64,000 bases of DNA from Candidatus Aminicenantes bacterium (GCA_026987025.1 JALSNJ010000029.1:15695-79694), one strand, 5' to 3'. Numbered from the stretch's first letter, positions 17,023 to 27,034 are shown. The notes: generated by a model not told the origin, from the sequence alone. Made by a program: numbers and translations.

Positions 17023-18807
17023 CTATGGCAAAAGGTTCAGGAAGGCCATTTGCAGGGTGGAGAGAAAACCCCAGGTGAGCCTGGCCGGTATAGAGGATGA
17101 GGGGGCCCATTGGTTGTCAAAGGGGTTGGAGTCAATTATAAGTTTTTCCTTGGGGTCAAGCTTTACCAGAAGAATCTTCTTGTTGAACTTCCTCTTCAGC
17201 CACTTTCCCCTCCAGACGAATTTATGCACCTTCCCATCCTCCGTTTTAACCTCCACCTCCACCGGAACATCCACATCCAGTCCCTCCCGGAGCAAGATTA
17301 CCTCCTTTCCCCTAACCCTATATACCTTCCAGTTAACCTTTCCCGCCCCGTAGAACATGGGTTTCCAGAGACCGGACCAGTCCCCCAGCATCTCCTCCAG
17401 AGCCGAGAAGAAATCGCTGGAGGTGGGGTGTTTGAAGGAGAACCTGCGGAAATATTCCCTCAGGGCTGCGAAGAATTTCTCTTCCCCCACAAGCCTTTTC
17501 CATGCCTCCAGGGTGAGGGCAGCCCTGGTATATACATTGGCGGTGTAGGTTCCGGGGAAGAACTTCCAGGAAGGTTTTACTATGGGATCGGCATAGGTGC
17601 TTTTTATGTAGCCCAGCCTCAGCCTCTCGCTGTCCCTGGCCTTATACCCTAAGATGTCAAAAAACCAGGGATAGGTGTCCATGATGTTCATCTCAAAAAA
17701 TGTGTTTACCCCTTCGTCCAGCCAGGCCTCGTCGGTTTCGTTATTGGCCACAACTCCGTACCAGTATTGATGGCCGAATTCATGAACCGTTACATCCTCG
17801 GTAAACCTTATGCCCCGGGGGAGCAGATAAAGGCTTCCTCCTGTGATGAGGGTGGGATATTCCATCCCCGATGTCCTCATGGCGGAGATGTCCGGGTCCA
17901 CGATGGTTATTCTTCCGTATGGATAGGGACCGATCCTTTCGGAAAAAAACCTCAGGGCCCTCTTTATGGCCTCCAGATATCTTCCCTTCTGCCTCAGGTG
18001 AGCAGGCTGAATGTAGAGAAGAATCCTCACCCTGGGCTGAGCTTTGCTTTCGTAGTGGTCCTCTATCTTTAAGAAGTCCCGGTCGGCGGCCCAGGCAAAA
18101 TCGTGAACCTTATCCTGATGGAATTCTAAGTATTTCTTCTTCCCCTGGATTTTTTCCTTTATCAGGTCTCCGCTGGCCGCCACCTTCAATTGGGAGGGAA
18201 GGGTTATGCTTACCTCGTAGGTGGAAAAGTCAGCGTAGAACTCCCCGTTCCTGTGGTATTGATGGCATACCCAGGTGCCGTCACTTTCCAGAACCCCCAG
18301 CTTGGGAAACCACTGGGAGATGAAGTAATAACCTTCCCCCACCCCTGACCTGGCGAAGGCCTTGGGCATTTTGGTGGTGAAGCGAACCTGAATGGAGATT
18401 TTCTCCCCCGGGGGAACTTCCCGGGGAAGCTCTGCTTCCGCCACGGTCCTGTCCTTTTCGTTCTCGTCATCAGGATGGACGAACTTCAGGCTGGAGGTTA
18501 TGTCCTGACCGTCTACCTTCAGGCTTTCAATCCTTTCCTCTCCCCACCATTCCCTGTGCTTTTTCCACTTGCTGGGAAGTCCTCCTATCTCCTCCATAAA
18601 ACTGGAGCCTTCCCGGAAGGCGTTCTGGTAGAGGTGAAAATATAGTTTCTTGACCGGGGAGGAGGATGTGTTTTCCCAGGTTATTTCTTCCTCGCCCCTT
18701 ACAAAGACCTTGTACCCTCCCTTTACCTCCAGTGAAACCTTTATTTTGTAAGAAAGGGCCCCGGAGAAAAGGAGGGAGGATAGAAAGAGAAGGAGAATTT
18801 TTCTCAT
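17023..18807 (-). CDS. Secreted M1-family zinc aminopeptidase
   Basis: It has a signal peptide and the gluzincin motif VHEFGHQYWYG...WLDEG (HEXXH followed by E at +19). Confidence 0.8.
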   Translation of the reverse strand: MRKILLLFLSSLLFSGALSYKIKVSLEVKGGYKVFVRGEEEITWENTSSSPVKKLYFHLYQNAFREGSSFMEEIGGLPSKWKKHREWWGEERIESLKVDGQDITSSLKFVHPDDENEKDRTVAEAELPREVPPGEKISIQVRFTTKMPKAFARSGVGEGYYFISQWFPKLGVLESDGTWVCHQYHRNGEFYADFSTYEVSITLPSQLKVAASGDLIKEKIQGKKKYLEFHQDKVHDFAWAADRDFLKIEDHYESKAQPRVRILLYIQPAHLRQKGRYLEAIKRALRFFSERIGPYPYGRITIVDPDISAMRTSGMEYPTLITGGSLYLLPRGIRFTEDVTVHEFGHQYWYGVVANNETDEAWLDEGVNTFFEMNIMDTYPWFFDILGYKARDSERLRLGYIKSTYADPIVKPSWKFFPGTYTANVYTRAALTLEAWKRLVGEEKFFAALREYFRRFSFKHPTSSDFFSALEEMLGDWSGLWKPMFYGAGKVNWKVYRVRGKEVILLREGLDVDVPVEVEVKTEDGKVHKFVWRGKWLKRKFNKKILLVKLDPKEKLIIDSNPFDNQWAPSSSIPARLTWGFLSTLQMAFLNLLP

Positions 18808-18849
18808 GGCAGTTAAATTATACGGAAAAAGGGGACGGAAAGTTAAAAA

Positions 18850-19332
18850 TTACATCTTATACTTCCCGAAGTCTTCGGGAGAAAGCCCTTCAAGCCATTC
18901 CTTCAGGTCCACCTCCCCCTCGGTCTCCGGAGCCGGAAGGATGGAGGCCTCCTCAAAGACCTTTTCTTCCACGAAGACAGGGGCTGAGACCCTCACCGCC
19001 AAGGCAATGGCGTCGGAGGGCCTTGAGTCTATTTTTATTACTTCTCCCCCTTTCCTTATGTAAATTTTCCCGTAGAAGGTTCCATCCCTCAGGTCATCCA
19101 CCACCACTTTCTCAACCCTTCCCCCTAAGGCTTCCACCACCGAGGCCAGAAGGTCATGGGTCATGGGCCTGGGGGAACTCACATTCTCCAGCTTCATGGC
19201 AATGGCGTTGGCCTCAAAGATCCCTATCCATATGGGAAGAACTCTGTTGGATAGCTCATCCTTCAATATTATCACCGGAGTGTTGGAGGTGGGGTCCAAG
19301 ACCACCCCATAAACCACCACTTCAATCTCCAT
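18850..19332 (-). CDS. Bifunctional nuclease (BFN/DUF151) family protein with a UVR-like C-terminus
   Basis: PIWIGIFEANAIAMKL...PRPMTHDLL is the BFN core. The C-terminus is LKEWLEGLSPEDFGKYKM. Confidence 0.7.
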   Translation of the reverse strand: MEIEVVVYGVVLDPTSNTPVIILKDELSNRVLPIWIGIFEANAIAMKLENVSSPRPMTHDLLASVVEALGGRVEKVVVDDLRDGTFYGKIYIRKGGEVIKIDSRPSDAIALAVRVSAPVFVEEKVFEEASILPAPETEGEVDLKEWLEGLSPEDFGKYKM

Positions 19333-19360
19333 TTTTTCCTCCTATCATGTATATGATAGG

Positions 19361-19843
19361 TCAGGGGAGTTCAATTTCAACCTTTTTTATGGCCTGATAG
19401 GGAAGCAGCCTTCTGGCCAGGTGGAACAGGCTCTCCCCTCCCACCGACAGGTCCCCTTCTATCTCCAGGATGGGGAGGATGAAGAAAAGCCTGTTCTTCA
19501 GGTCGTAGTGGGGTATCTTCACCCTGGGGCTCTTCACTTCCCCCCCGGACCAGAGGACGATATCCAGGTCCAGGGTTCGGGGACCCCATTTATTTCCACC
19601 CCTTTTTCTTCCCGCCTCCTCCTCTATTCCCTGAAGAATCTCAAGAACCTTCTCAGGAAGGAGATCTGTTTCAATTTTTACCACCATGTTGTAGAAGTTG
19701 GGCTGCGCTTGATACCCGTAAGGTTCGGATTCGTAAACCGAGGAGGCAGCCACAATCCGGAACCTTTCCCTTAACCTCCTTAAGGCCAGCCTTAAATTTT
19801 CTTCCTTGTTGATGTTGGTGCCTATGGCAATGATGTAGTTCAT
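19361..19843 (-). CDS. folK: 6-hydroxymethyl-7,8-dihydropterin pyrophosphokinase (HPPK)
   Basis: IIAIGTNI...ESEPYGY...GPRTLDLDIVLW is the HPPK signature. Confidence 0.85.
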   Translation of the reverse strand: MNYIIAIGTNINKEENLRLALRRLRERFRIVAASSVYESEPYGYQAQPNFYNMVVKIETDLLPEKVLEILQGIEEEAGRKRGGNKWGPRTLDLDIVLWSGGEVKSPRVKIPHYDLKNRLFFILPILEIEGDLSVGGESLFHLARRLLPYQAIKKVEIELP

Positions 19844-21054
19844 CCTTTTATCCCCTTGGCTAAATCTAAGCTCATTTTGTTAATTTTAATATCGTGCACC
19901 CTTATTAAAGAAACTCCCTTCAAAGCCAAATAGAAGGTTAAAGAGGCAGAGGGGGCAGCCCTTTCCTCCACTTCCGCCCCTGTTAAGACTCCGATGAAAC
20001 TTTTTCTTGAATGACCTACCAGCACAGGATATCCCAGGGAAGCGAAAGCCTCAATGCTCCTCAGGATTTCCAGGTTGTCCTCCAGCCTTTTACCGAATCC
20101 TATCCCCGGGTCCACGGCAATATTTTCTATCCCCGCCTCCTGGGCGAAGGCCGCTCTTTCCTTCAGGAACAGAAGGATTTCCTTTACAGCGTCTTCATAA
20201 TGGGGGCTTTTCTGCATGTCCCTGGGTTTTCCCTTTATGTGCATCAAAATTACCGGGACCTTATATCTGGCGGCCACCTCTGCCATGGCGGGGTCGAACC
20301 TCAGGGCGGAGATATCGTTGATTATGTCCGCCCCCTCCTCTAAGGCGGCCCTGGCCACCTCCGCTTTATATGTATCCACGGAGATGGGGAGGTCCACCCT
20401 CTTCCTTACTTCCCTCACCGCTGGAACTACCCTTTTCAGCTCTTCTTCCAGGGGCACGGGTTCTGCTCCTGGCCTTGTGGATTCTCCGCCTATATCTATG
20501 AAGTCAGCACCCTCCTCGGCCATCCTCTCTGCAATTTCTCCGGCCCTTTCCGGGTTAATTCTGGAACCCCTATAAAAAGAATCGGGGGTAACATTGATGA
20601 TCCCCATAAGATAGGTGTTCTCCTCCATATTATAAGTTTTTCCCCTGAGACCCCACTCCTTTGCTTTTTGCTTTAACTGGGCGAGGAGAGCTTCACCGGT
20701 TTCCCTGAGGCCCCAGTAGTTCATCTGCAGAAGCTTCCTGGCGGCCCTGGAGATCTGCGCCCTGGTTCCCATGAGGATCACATCGGTTTTTTCAATTTTG
20801 CAATTTATCGCATGGCGATGCACCGCTGCGTCCCCCCCAGCCGAGAGCATCTCCTGCTTGATTATGTTGGCCGCCGGGGATGAGAGAGCTGTCAGTTTGA
20901 AGAAGAGCATCTTTGACTTAGCCTCAAATATGGGCAGGGAGGCGGTATCAATCCCCACCCTTTCTATCTCCTTTCTCAAGGAAAGCTCGGATATCCTATA
21001 GACCATTGGATTGTTCCACGCAGGCATAGGCATTGTGATTGTGGATGGATTCAA
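19840..21054 (-). CDS. folP: Dihydropteroate synthase with a ~130-aa N-terminal extension of unknown function
   Basis: The C-terminal ~270 aa (LMGIINVTPDSFYRGSR...DIGGESTRPGA...) is the pterin-binding DHPS domain. The N-terminal 130 aa is an extra domain. The start may instead be the downstream MVYRI codon near 21006, because the 5' end overlaps folE2. Confidence 0.8.
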   Translation of the reverse strand: MNPSTITMPMPAWNNPMVYRISELSLRKEIERVGIDTASLPIFEAKSKMLFFKLTALSSPAANIIKQEMLSAGGDAAVHRHAINCKIEKTDVILMGTRAQISRAARKLLQMNYWGLRETGEALLAQLKQKAKEWGLRGKTYNMEENTYLMGIINVTPDSFYRGSRINPERAGEIAERMAEEGADFIDIGGESTRPGAEPVPLEEELKRVVPAVREVRKRVDLPISVDTYKAEVARAALEEGADIINDISALRFDPAMAEVAARYKVPVILMHIKGKPRDMQKSPHYEDAVKEILLFLKERAAFAQEAGIENIAVDPGIGFGKRLEDNLEILRSIEAFASLGYPVLVGHSRKSFIGVLTGAEVEERAAPSASLTFYLALKGVSLIRVHDIKINKMSLDLAKGIKG

Positions 21055-21772
21055 AATTCTCCACCTCCACCTTGAACCAGGAGATCCTTTTGTCTTCCCT
21101 CAGGGCTAAAGCTATATCCCTGGCGGCGTCCTCCACGAATTTTGGGTTGTCGTAGGCCCTTTCGGTTATGTATTTTTCGTCCTCCCTCTTGAGCAGGGAA
21201 AAGAGGGGGGCGCTGGCCGCCCTTTCTGCCACCTCCACCAGCTCTTCAAACCATACCAATTTCCTCATCCTTACCCTCAATCGGGCAATTCCCCTCTGAT
21301 TGTGGGCTCCCCTTTCCGATATTTCCTTAGAACAGGGACAAAGGTTGTGGACCGGGACATTGACCTCCACCACCAGGTCAAATTTTTCTTCGGTTTTCGT
21401 CCCTATGAGCCCGCAGGTATAGTTCATGTAGCTCTCTATCCCAGAGACCGGAGCCTTTTTCCTTATAAAATAAGGAAAGCGAAGTTCAATGTGGGATGTG
21501 GAGGCGTTAAAGGCCCTCCTTATATCCTCCAGTATTTTTTCTATGTTATGTATTGCCATGGTGTTTTTGTGTCTTTCCAGCACCTCTATGAACCTTGACA
21601 TGTGGGTTCCCCGGAATTCCTTGGGCAGGTCCACATACATACTTACCCTGGCCACGGTGGCCTGATACTTGTTTTTTCTGTCCAGGACCTTTATGGGATA
21701 AAGCAAATCCTTAATTCCTACCTTGTTTAATGGGACTTCCCTGGTGTCCCTCTGGGATTGGACATCTTTCAT
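20996..21772 (-). CDS. folE2: GTP cyclohydrolase FolE2/MptA family (type I-B)
   Basis: MKDVQSQRDTREVPLNKVGIKDLLYPIKV...GTHMSRF...CPCS. The start is trimmed from the ORF-track start at 21817 to the internal ATG at 21770-21772. Confidence 0.8.
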   Translation of the reverse strand: MKDVQSQRDTREVPLNKVGIKDLLYPIKVLDRKNKYQATVARVSMYVDLPKEFRGTHMSRFIEVLERHKNTMAIHNIEKILEDIRRAFNASTSHIELRFPYFIRKKAPVSGIESYMNYTCGLIGTKTEEKFDLVVEVNVPVHNLCPCSKEISERGAHNQRGIARLRVRMRKLVWFEELVEVAERAASAPLFSLLKREDEKYITERAYDNPKFVEDAARDIALALREDKRISWFKVEVENFESIHNHNAYACVEQSNGL

Positions 21773-21790
21773 AATAAAAAATTTAAAGAG

Positions 21791-21864
21791 CACGCCCGGA
21801 GGGACTCGAACCCCCAACCAACTGATTCGTAGTCAGCCGCTCTATCCAATTGAGCTACGGGCGC
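21791..21864 (-). tRNA. tRNA-Arg (anticodon ACG)
   Basis: The reverse complement GCGCCCGTAGCTCAATTGGATAGAGCGGCTGACTACGAATCAGTTGGTTGGGGGTTCGAGTCCCTCCGGGCGTG folds as a cloverleaf with anticodon loop CTACGAA. Confidence 0.85.
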
Positions 21865-21889
21865 GCCCAGTTTTATATTATATCATGTC

Positions 21890-22663
21890 TCAAGGCCTTC
21901 GGAAATTCCACTCCCTGGAGGAGTACTTTTCCACCAGGGGTTTCAGGGCATATGTGTCAAAACCCTTTTCTACGATTTTAGCCCTGAACTTTCGGCGGAA
22001 AGCTTCCGCTATCCTTTCCACCATTTCTTCCCTGGGGGGAACCTTATCCAGGACCTCCGAAAGGGAATAAAAACTCTCTTTCAACAGGGAAAGGGGGGTT
22101 CTTGTGGCCCTGGCTATCTTTTCCCTTATGTAGTTTATGGGTATGGTTCCGTGAATCAGGAAAACCTCCTTTTTTTTCTTCATGGCCCCGGATACCAGTT
22201 TCCTTCCCCTTACCTTTATCTCCCACCTTCCGGGAAAGGAAAAACAGGCCACCTCCTGGCGGGAAAACTCGCCGTATTTATTGTTGGCCAGTTTCACCTC
22301 CAGACCCAGGCCCTCTAAGAAAAGGGATAGGGCTTCGGATACCAGAAGGTAGGGATAATAGGGGGAGGGATTGGAGAAGAAAAGGGGTTCCCTGCTGGCC
22401 ACCGCGTATGTTATTTCGTTGTGGTGAAGAACTGCCTTGCCTCCGGTGATCCGCCGGACGAAGGGAATACCTTCCCTCTCCATGTAATCCAGATCCAGGG
22501 CCCTGCTTACCGGCTGGGAAAAACCTACCGTCACCGTGGGGCAGCACCAATCGTATAGCCGCAGGTGTATGCCTCCAGCCCTGCTGGCTTCCATCAAGTA
22601 TTCGTCCTTGGCCATGTTGAGGGGGCCGGATTCCCGGCCCCCCCTGTAAAGGTATATCTTCAA
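21890..22663 (-). CDS. Lipoate-protein ligase / octanoyltransferase family protein (LplA/LipM-like)
   Basis: It has the BPL/LPL catalytic-domain pattern (...RRITGGKAVLHHNEITY...K). Confidence 0.55.
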   Translation of the reverse strand: MKIYLYRGGRESGPLNMAKDEYLMEASRAGGIHLRLYDWCCPTVTVGFSQPVSRALDLDYMEREGIPFVRRITGGKAVLHHNEITYAVASREPLFFSNPSPYYPYLLVSEALSLFLEGLGLEVKLANNKYGEFSRQEVACFSFPGRWEIKVRGRKLVSGAMKKKKEVFLIHGTIPINYIREKIARATRTPLSLLKESFYSLSEVLDKVPPREEMVERIAEAFRRKFRAKIVEKGFDTYALKPLVEKYSSREWNFRRP

Positions 22664-22666
22664 TCC

Positions 22667-24172
22667 CTATTCTACTTTGACTATCTCGTCGGTATCTATC
22701 TGGGCCCTCTGGAGCCTTCCGCTGAAGTCAATGTAGACGGACTTCCACTCTGTGAATATGTCTATGACCGTATGTCCCCCTTCCCTGTGTCCGTTTCCCG
22801 TCTGATTTACCCCTCCGAAGGGGAGATGAACCTCTGCGCCTATGGTAGGAGCGTTCACATAGGTTATACCGGTGTAAATGTCCCTTATGGCTATAAAGGC
22901 CTTCTTTATGTCGTTGGTATAGATGGAGGAACTCAATCCGTACCTTGAATTGTTGGCTATTTCTATGGCGTGCTCTAAGGAATCGGCGGGTATTACGGAA
23001 ACTACGGGACCGAAGATCTCCTCCTGGGCTATCCTCATGTCCGGGTCCACATCGGCGAAGATGGTGGGGGCCACGAACCACCCCTTATCGTAGTCTCCGC
23101 CGGTAAGCCTGTATCCTCCGATGAGCAGTTTTGCCCCTTCGCTTTTTCCTATCTCAATGTAGGAGAGCACCTTGTTCATCTGGGATTCGTTGATGAGGGG
23201 ACCCACATCGGTTTTGGGGTCCAGCCCGTTTCCAATTCTCAGCCTTTTAACCCTCTCCACATACATGTCCAGAAACTGCTTGTATACCTTCTTGTGGACT
23301 ATGACCCTTGAGGTGGCGGTGCAGCGCTGACCGGTGGTTCCAAAACCTCCCCAGGTGGCTCCGTCCACTGCCAGCTCCAGGTTGGCATCGTCCATAACTA
23401 TCTGGGCGTTCTTTCCACCCATCTCTAAGGAAACCTTCTTAAACAGGCTGGCCCCCTTAGAGCCTATGTGTTTTCCCACCTCGGAGGAGCCGGTGAAGGA
23501 TATTACCTTTACATAGGGGTGGGTTATGAGGCTCTCGCCAACCACGGCCCCGGAGCCGGTAACCAAATTCACCACCCCCTTAGGAACCCCGGCCTCCACC
23601 AGGGTTTTGACGAAATTGTATGCGGAAAGCGGGGTGTCGGTGGCGGGCTTGAAAACCACAGTGTTTCCTGCCACCAGAGCGGGTATTATCTTCCAGGAGG
23701 GTATGGCCATGGGGAAGTTCCAGGGGGTTATGATGGCCGCAACCCCCATGGGTATTCTTACCGACATCTGGAACTTCAGGGGAAGTTCCGAGGGGGTGGT
23801 AAAGCCGTAAAGGCGGCGTCCTTCCCCTGCGATAAAGAAGCTCATGTCAATGGCTTCCTGAACATCGCCTCTGGTTTCGGGGAGAATTTTCCCCATCTCC
23901 TTAGTTTCGTCCCGGGCAAAATCCTCCTTTCTCTCCACCAGCATCTGGGCGGCCCTGAATATGATCTCCGCCCTCTTGGGTGCGGGAACAAGCCTCCATT
24001 TTTTGTAAGCCCTCTGGGCTGCCTCCACCGCAGCTTCCACATCCTCCTTGGTGGATTTCTGGAACAGACCTATTACCTCATCCCAGTTGGCGGGGTTGCG
24101 GTTCTCATAAACCTCCCCGGAGGAAGAATCCACCCACTCGCCATCAATGAAATTCTTGTAAACCTCAGCCAT
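22667..24172 (-). CDS. NAD(P)-dependent aldehyde dehydrogenase
   Basis: It has ALDH family motifs (FIDGEW; ELGGK-like LEMGGKNA; FGGVNQTG region with the catalytic Cys in [13 protein letters not shown]). Confidence 0.85.
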   Translation of the reverse strand: MAEVYKNFIDGEWVDSSSGEVYENRNPANWDEVIGLFQKSTKEDVEAAVEAAQRAYKKWRLVPAPKRAEIIFRAAQMLVERKEDFARDETKEMGKILPETRGDVQEAIDMSFFIAGEGRRLYGFTTPSELPLKFQMSVRIPMGVAAIITPWNFPMAIPSWKIIPALVAGNTVVFKPATDTPLSAYNFVKTLVEAGVPKGVVNLVTGSGAVVGESLITHPYVKVISFTGSSEVGKHIGSKGASLFKKVSLEMGGKNAQIVMDDANLELAVDGATWGGFGTTGQRCTATSRVIVHKKVYKQFLDMYVERVKRLRIGNGLDPKTDVGPLINESQMNKVLSYIEIGKSEGAKLLIGGYRLTGGDYDKGWFVAPTIFADVDPDMRIAQEEIFGPVVSVIPADSLEHAIEIANNSRYGLSSSIYTNDIKKAFIAIRDIYTGITYVNAPTIGAEVHLPFGGVNQTGNGHREGGHTVIDIFTEWKSVYIDFSGRLQRAQIDTDEIVKVE

Positions 24173-24599
24173 TTTTCACCTCCGGTTTTGAAGGGGCCGG
24201 GGCGGCTGCTCCTCCTCCCATTTCCACGGTTCCCCGGAAAACCGCCCCTTCTTCAATCACCAGTTTGTCCGTTATTATCTTTCCCTGGACCTTTCCTGTG
24301 GGGGTTATTATGGTCTTGAGCCTTGTGGTGATGTCTCCTTCCACCTTGCCCTCAATTTTTACCTCCGCGGCCTTGATGTTTCCCTTGACCTCGCCCTCCT
24401 GGCGGATGTGCACAGCCCTCTCGGATTCAATATTTCCCTGGACCTTTCCCTGGATCTCCATTTCCTCCCTGGAGACGATGTTTCCTTTGATCTCCACCGT
24501 TTTACCGATAAAGGTCCTGCCTGTGGCAGGTGCCCCGGTGGGGGGATAAGAAGGGGTGAACTTCTCCCCCATTTCAGCTTCCTTTTTTCCAATAACCAT
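24165..24599 (-). CDS. Bactofilin-family cytoskeletal protein
   Basis: It has repeating (G.V.G.I/V) beta-helix repeats, [53 protein letters not shown], and a Pro/Ala-rich tail. Confidence 0.7.
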   Translation of the reverse strand: MVIGKKEAEMGEKFTPSYPPTGAPATGRTFIGKTVEIKGNIVSREEMEIQGKVQGNIESERAVHIRQEGEVKGNIKAAEVKIEGKVEGDITTRLKTIITPTGKVQGKIITDKLVIEEGAVFRGTVEMGGGAAAPAPSKPEVKNG

Positions 24600-24619
24600 T
24601 TTATCCTCCTTTTATTAGG

Positions 24620-24640
24620 ATTTTCCTCACAGAGGAAAAT
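24620..24640. promoter_or_regulatory. Perfect 9-bp inverted repeat ATTTTCCTC-aca-GAGGAAAAT in the divergent bactofilin/ribH intergenic region; candidate operator
   Basis: The perfect palindrome is read directly at 24620-24640. It lies between a minus-strand start at 24599 and the ribH ATG at 24702, with a TATAAT-like -10 at about 24674. Confidence 0.35.
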
Positions 24641-24701
24641 TTTAGAATACTGAGGTGAAAACTTCAAATAGAGTATAATAAAAAGAAAAAGGAAGGGAAG
24701 A

Positions 24702-25181
24702 ATGGTCAAGTATTACGAAGGAAATCTTAAAGGGGAAGGATTAAGGGTAGGGATAGTGGTCTCCCGGTTTAACGGGAGGATAACCTCCAGGCTCTTAGAA
24801 GGAGCCCTGGAGGCCTTGGAAAAAACCGGGGTTAAGAAGGAGAACATAGAAGTGTGGAAAACCCCGGGTTCCTTTGAAATTCCCCTGGTGGCGAAGAGGA
24901 TGGCCCGGAGGGAAAACGGAAGGCCTGATGCCATAATCTGCCTTGGAGCCATTATCCGTGGGGAGACCCCCCATTTTGACTTCGTGGCTTCGGAGGTGGC
25001 CAAGGGGATCTCCCAGGTTTCCTTAGAAACGGGGGTTCCCTTGATTTTCGGGGTCATCACCGCCGATACCAAAGAGCAGGCCGAGGAAAGGGCCGGAGGA
25101 AAGATGGGCAACCGCGGGTATGAAGCAGCCCTCTCCGCTGTGGAGGTGGCCAACCTTCTCAGGAGTGAAGCCAACTTATGA
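24702..25181 (+). CDS. ribH: 6,7-dimethyl-8-ribityllumazine synthase
   Basis: [17 protein letters not shown]...L...GV...[14 protein letters not shown] matches RibH. Confidence 0.9.
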   Translation: MVKYYEGNLKGEGLRVGIVVSRFNGRITSRLLEGALEALEKTGVKKENIEVWKTPGSFEIPLVAKRMARRENGRPDAIICLGAIIRGETPHFDFVASEVAKGISQVSLETGVPLIFGVITADTKEQAEERAGGKMGNRGYEAALSAVEVANLLRSEANL

Positions 25182-25573
25182 AGAAGGAGAGGAGGATTGC
25201 CAGGGAATTGGCCCTGCAATACCTTTTCCCTCTGGAGATGGGAGGGGAGCCGGATTCGGCCCTGAAGAAGAGGTTGCAAAACTGCCAGGACGAAATTTGC
25301 TCCTATGCCAGGTTTTTGGTGAGGGGTGTTATGGAGAGGAAGGAGGAGCTGGAGGAGAGGCTTTCCTCCAGCTCCAAGAAGAACTTCCATAGCCTTCTGC
25401 CCATAGAGAAGGTCATACTACGCCTGGGAGCTCTGGAGTTGCTCTCGGGGCTGAAACCCTCCATTGCCATAAACGAAGCGGTGGAGCTGGCGAAGAAGTA
25501 CGGGGAGCCTTCCTCCTTCAGGCTGATAAACGGGGTTCTGGATACCTTGGCAAAATCCTTAAAGGAGGTTTAA
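25178..25573 (+). CDS. nusB: Transcription antitermination factor NusB
   Basis: [10 protein letters not shown]...E.. and its position after ribH are typical of NusB. Confidence 0.85.
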   Translation: MKKERRIARELALQYLFPLEMGGEPDSALKKRLQNCQDEICSYARFLVRGVMERKEELEERLSSSSKKNFHSLLPIEKVILRLGALELLSGLKPSIAINEAVELAKKYGEPSSFRLINGVLDTLAKSLKEV

Positions 25574-27034
25574 GTGCAGGAAAAGGAAGCCAGAAAGGAA
25601 AACCTTAAAAAACTTCAGGACCTGGGATATAGCCCCCATCCCTATTCCTTCCCGGCCGAGGATACTGTTAGCAAAATAGTTGAAAAATTCAAAGATGAAC
25701 GGGACGAGGAGAGGCTGAAAAAGGTCCATGTCAGGACCGCCGGAAGGATACTTACCCTTCGGAGGATGGGAAGGGCCACCTTTTTGCACATTTCCGATGG
25801 CCTTGAGAAGCTCCAGGTTTTCCTGAGGGAGAACGAGCTGGGTAAGGAAAAATACAGGCATTTCAGGTACTTCAATATAGGGGACTGGATCGGTGTAGAA
25901 GGGATTTTGTTCCGGACCAAAACCGGCGAACTCACCGTTCTCGCCAGAGACTTTACCCTTTTGGCCAAGGCCCTTCTCCCTCTGCCTGAGAAATGGCACG
26001 GGCTTCAGGATGTGGAGGTGAGGTTCAGAAAAAGATACCTGGACCTTATAGTGAATAGAAGGAGCCGGAAGGTCTTTGAAACGAGGGCCAGGCTCCTTCA
26101 ACTCATAAGAAATTTCTTCCTTTCCAGGGGCTTTTTAGAGGTGGAAACCCCCATGATGCACCCGGTGCTGGGGGGAGCTGCAGCCAAACCCTTCCGCACC
26201 CATCACAATGCCCTGGATATGGACCTTTACCTCAGGATAGCTCCGGAGCTTTACCTGAAAAGGCTGGTGGTGGGGGGAATGGAAAGGGTCTTTGAGATAG
26301 GAAGAAATTTCCGAAACGAAGGCCTCTCCGCCCAGCACAACCCCGAATTCACCATGCTTGAGTTTTACTGGGCCTATAAAGATTACCTGTTTCTCATGGA
26401 CCTTACCGAGGAGCTCTTCCAGGAGCTCGCTGTTTCCGTATGGGGTGGGTTGCAGGGCAGCTACCAGGGCAGGGAACTGGACCTTTCCCCTCCCTGGCGA
26501 AGGATAAAGTTCATGGATTCCTTAGCGGAGGCTCTGGGGGTGGAGAAGGAGATGCTGTGGGATGAGAAGTGGGTCCTGAGCAGGGCCAGGGAGGAATTTC
26601 CCGAGGATGCAGGCCCTCCTCCCTCCACCTACGGTAAGGCCCTGGATTTTCTCTTTGACCTCCACATAAAGGAGAAACTCTGGGACCCTACCTTCGTGAT
26701 GGACCACCCCAAGGTTATCTCCCCCTTGGCCAAGGAACATAGAGAGGACCCCAGACTTACCGAAAGGTTTGAGCTTATAATGGCTGGCATGGAGATAGCC
26801 AACGCCTTCTCAGAGCTTACGGACCCGGAGGAACAGAGGGCGAGGTTTGAGGAGCAGGTCCGCAGGAAGGAGGAAGGGGCGGAGGTGGATCTGGATTACA
26901 TAGAGGCCCTGAGCTACGGCCTTCCCCCCACGGCCGGTGAGGGGATCGGAATAGACAGGACCGTAATGATTTTCACCGATTCCCCTAATATAAGGGAGGT
27001 TATCCTCTTTCCTCTTATGAGGAAGAAAGGATGA
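25574..27034 (+). CDS. lysS: Lysine--tRNA ligase (class II)
   Basis: A GTG start follows the nusB stop. There is an OB anticodon-binding domain (VRTAGRILTLRRMG) and class II motifs (FRNEG; ...GGMERVFEIGRNFRNE; GLPPTAGEGIGIDR). Confidence 0.9.
   Translation: MQEKEARKENLKKLQDLGYSPHPYSFPAEDTVSKIVEKFKDERDEERLKKVHVRTAGRILTLRRMGRATFLHISDGLEKLQVFLRENELGKEKYRHFRYFNIGDWIGVEGILFRTKTGELTVLARDFTLLAKALLPLPEKWHGLQDVEVRFRKRYLDLIVNRRSRKVFETRARLLQLIRNFFLSRGFLEVETPMMHPVLGGAAAKPFRTHHNALDMDLYLRIAPELYLKRLVVGGMERVFEIGRNFRNEGLSAQHNPEFTMLEFYWAYKDYLFLMDLTEELFQELAVSVWGGLQGSYQGRELDLSPPWRRIKFMDSLAEALGVEKEMLWDEKWVLSRAREEFPEDAGPPPSTYGKALDFLFDLHIKEKLWDPTFVMDHPKVISPLAKEHREDPRLTERFELIMAGMEIANAFSELTDPEEQRARFEEQVRRKEEGAEVDLDYIEALSYGLPPTAGEGIGIDRTVMIFTDSPNIREVILFPLMRKKG

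Noticed and set aside
18666-19397. A 243-aa Pro/Arg-rich plus-strand ORF
   Set aside because: It is antisense to the BFN nuclease and the M1 peptidase end. Its low-complexity composition is typical of GC-rich antisense frames.
21865-21890. A possible -10 (TATAAA) for tRNA-Arg on the minus strand
   Set aside because: Only a weak match with no convincing -35. The tRNA may simply be co-transcribed with the upstream LplA-like gene.
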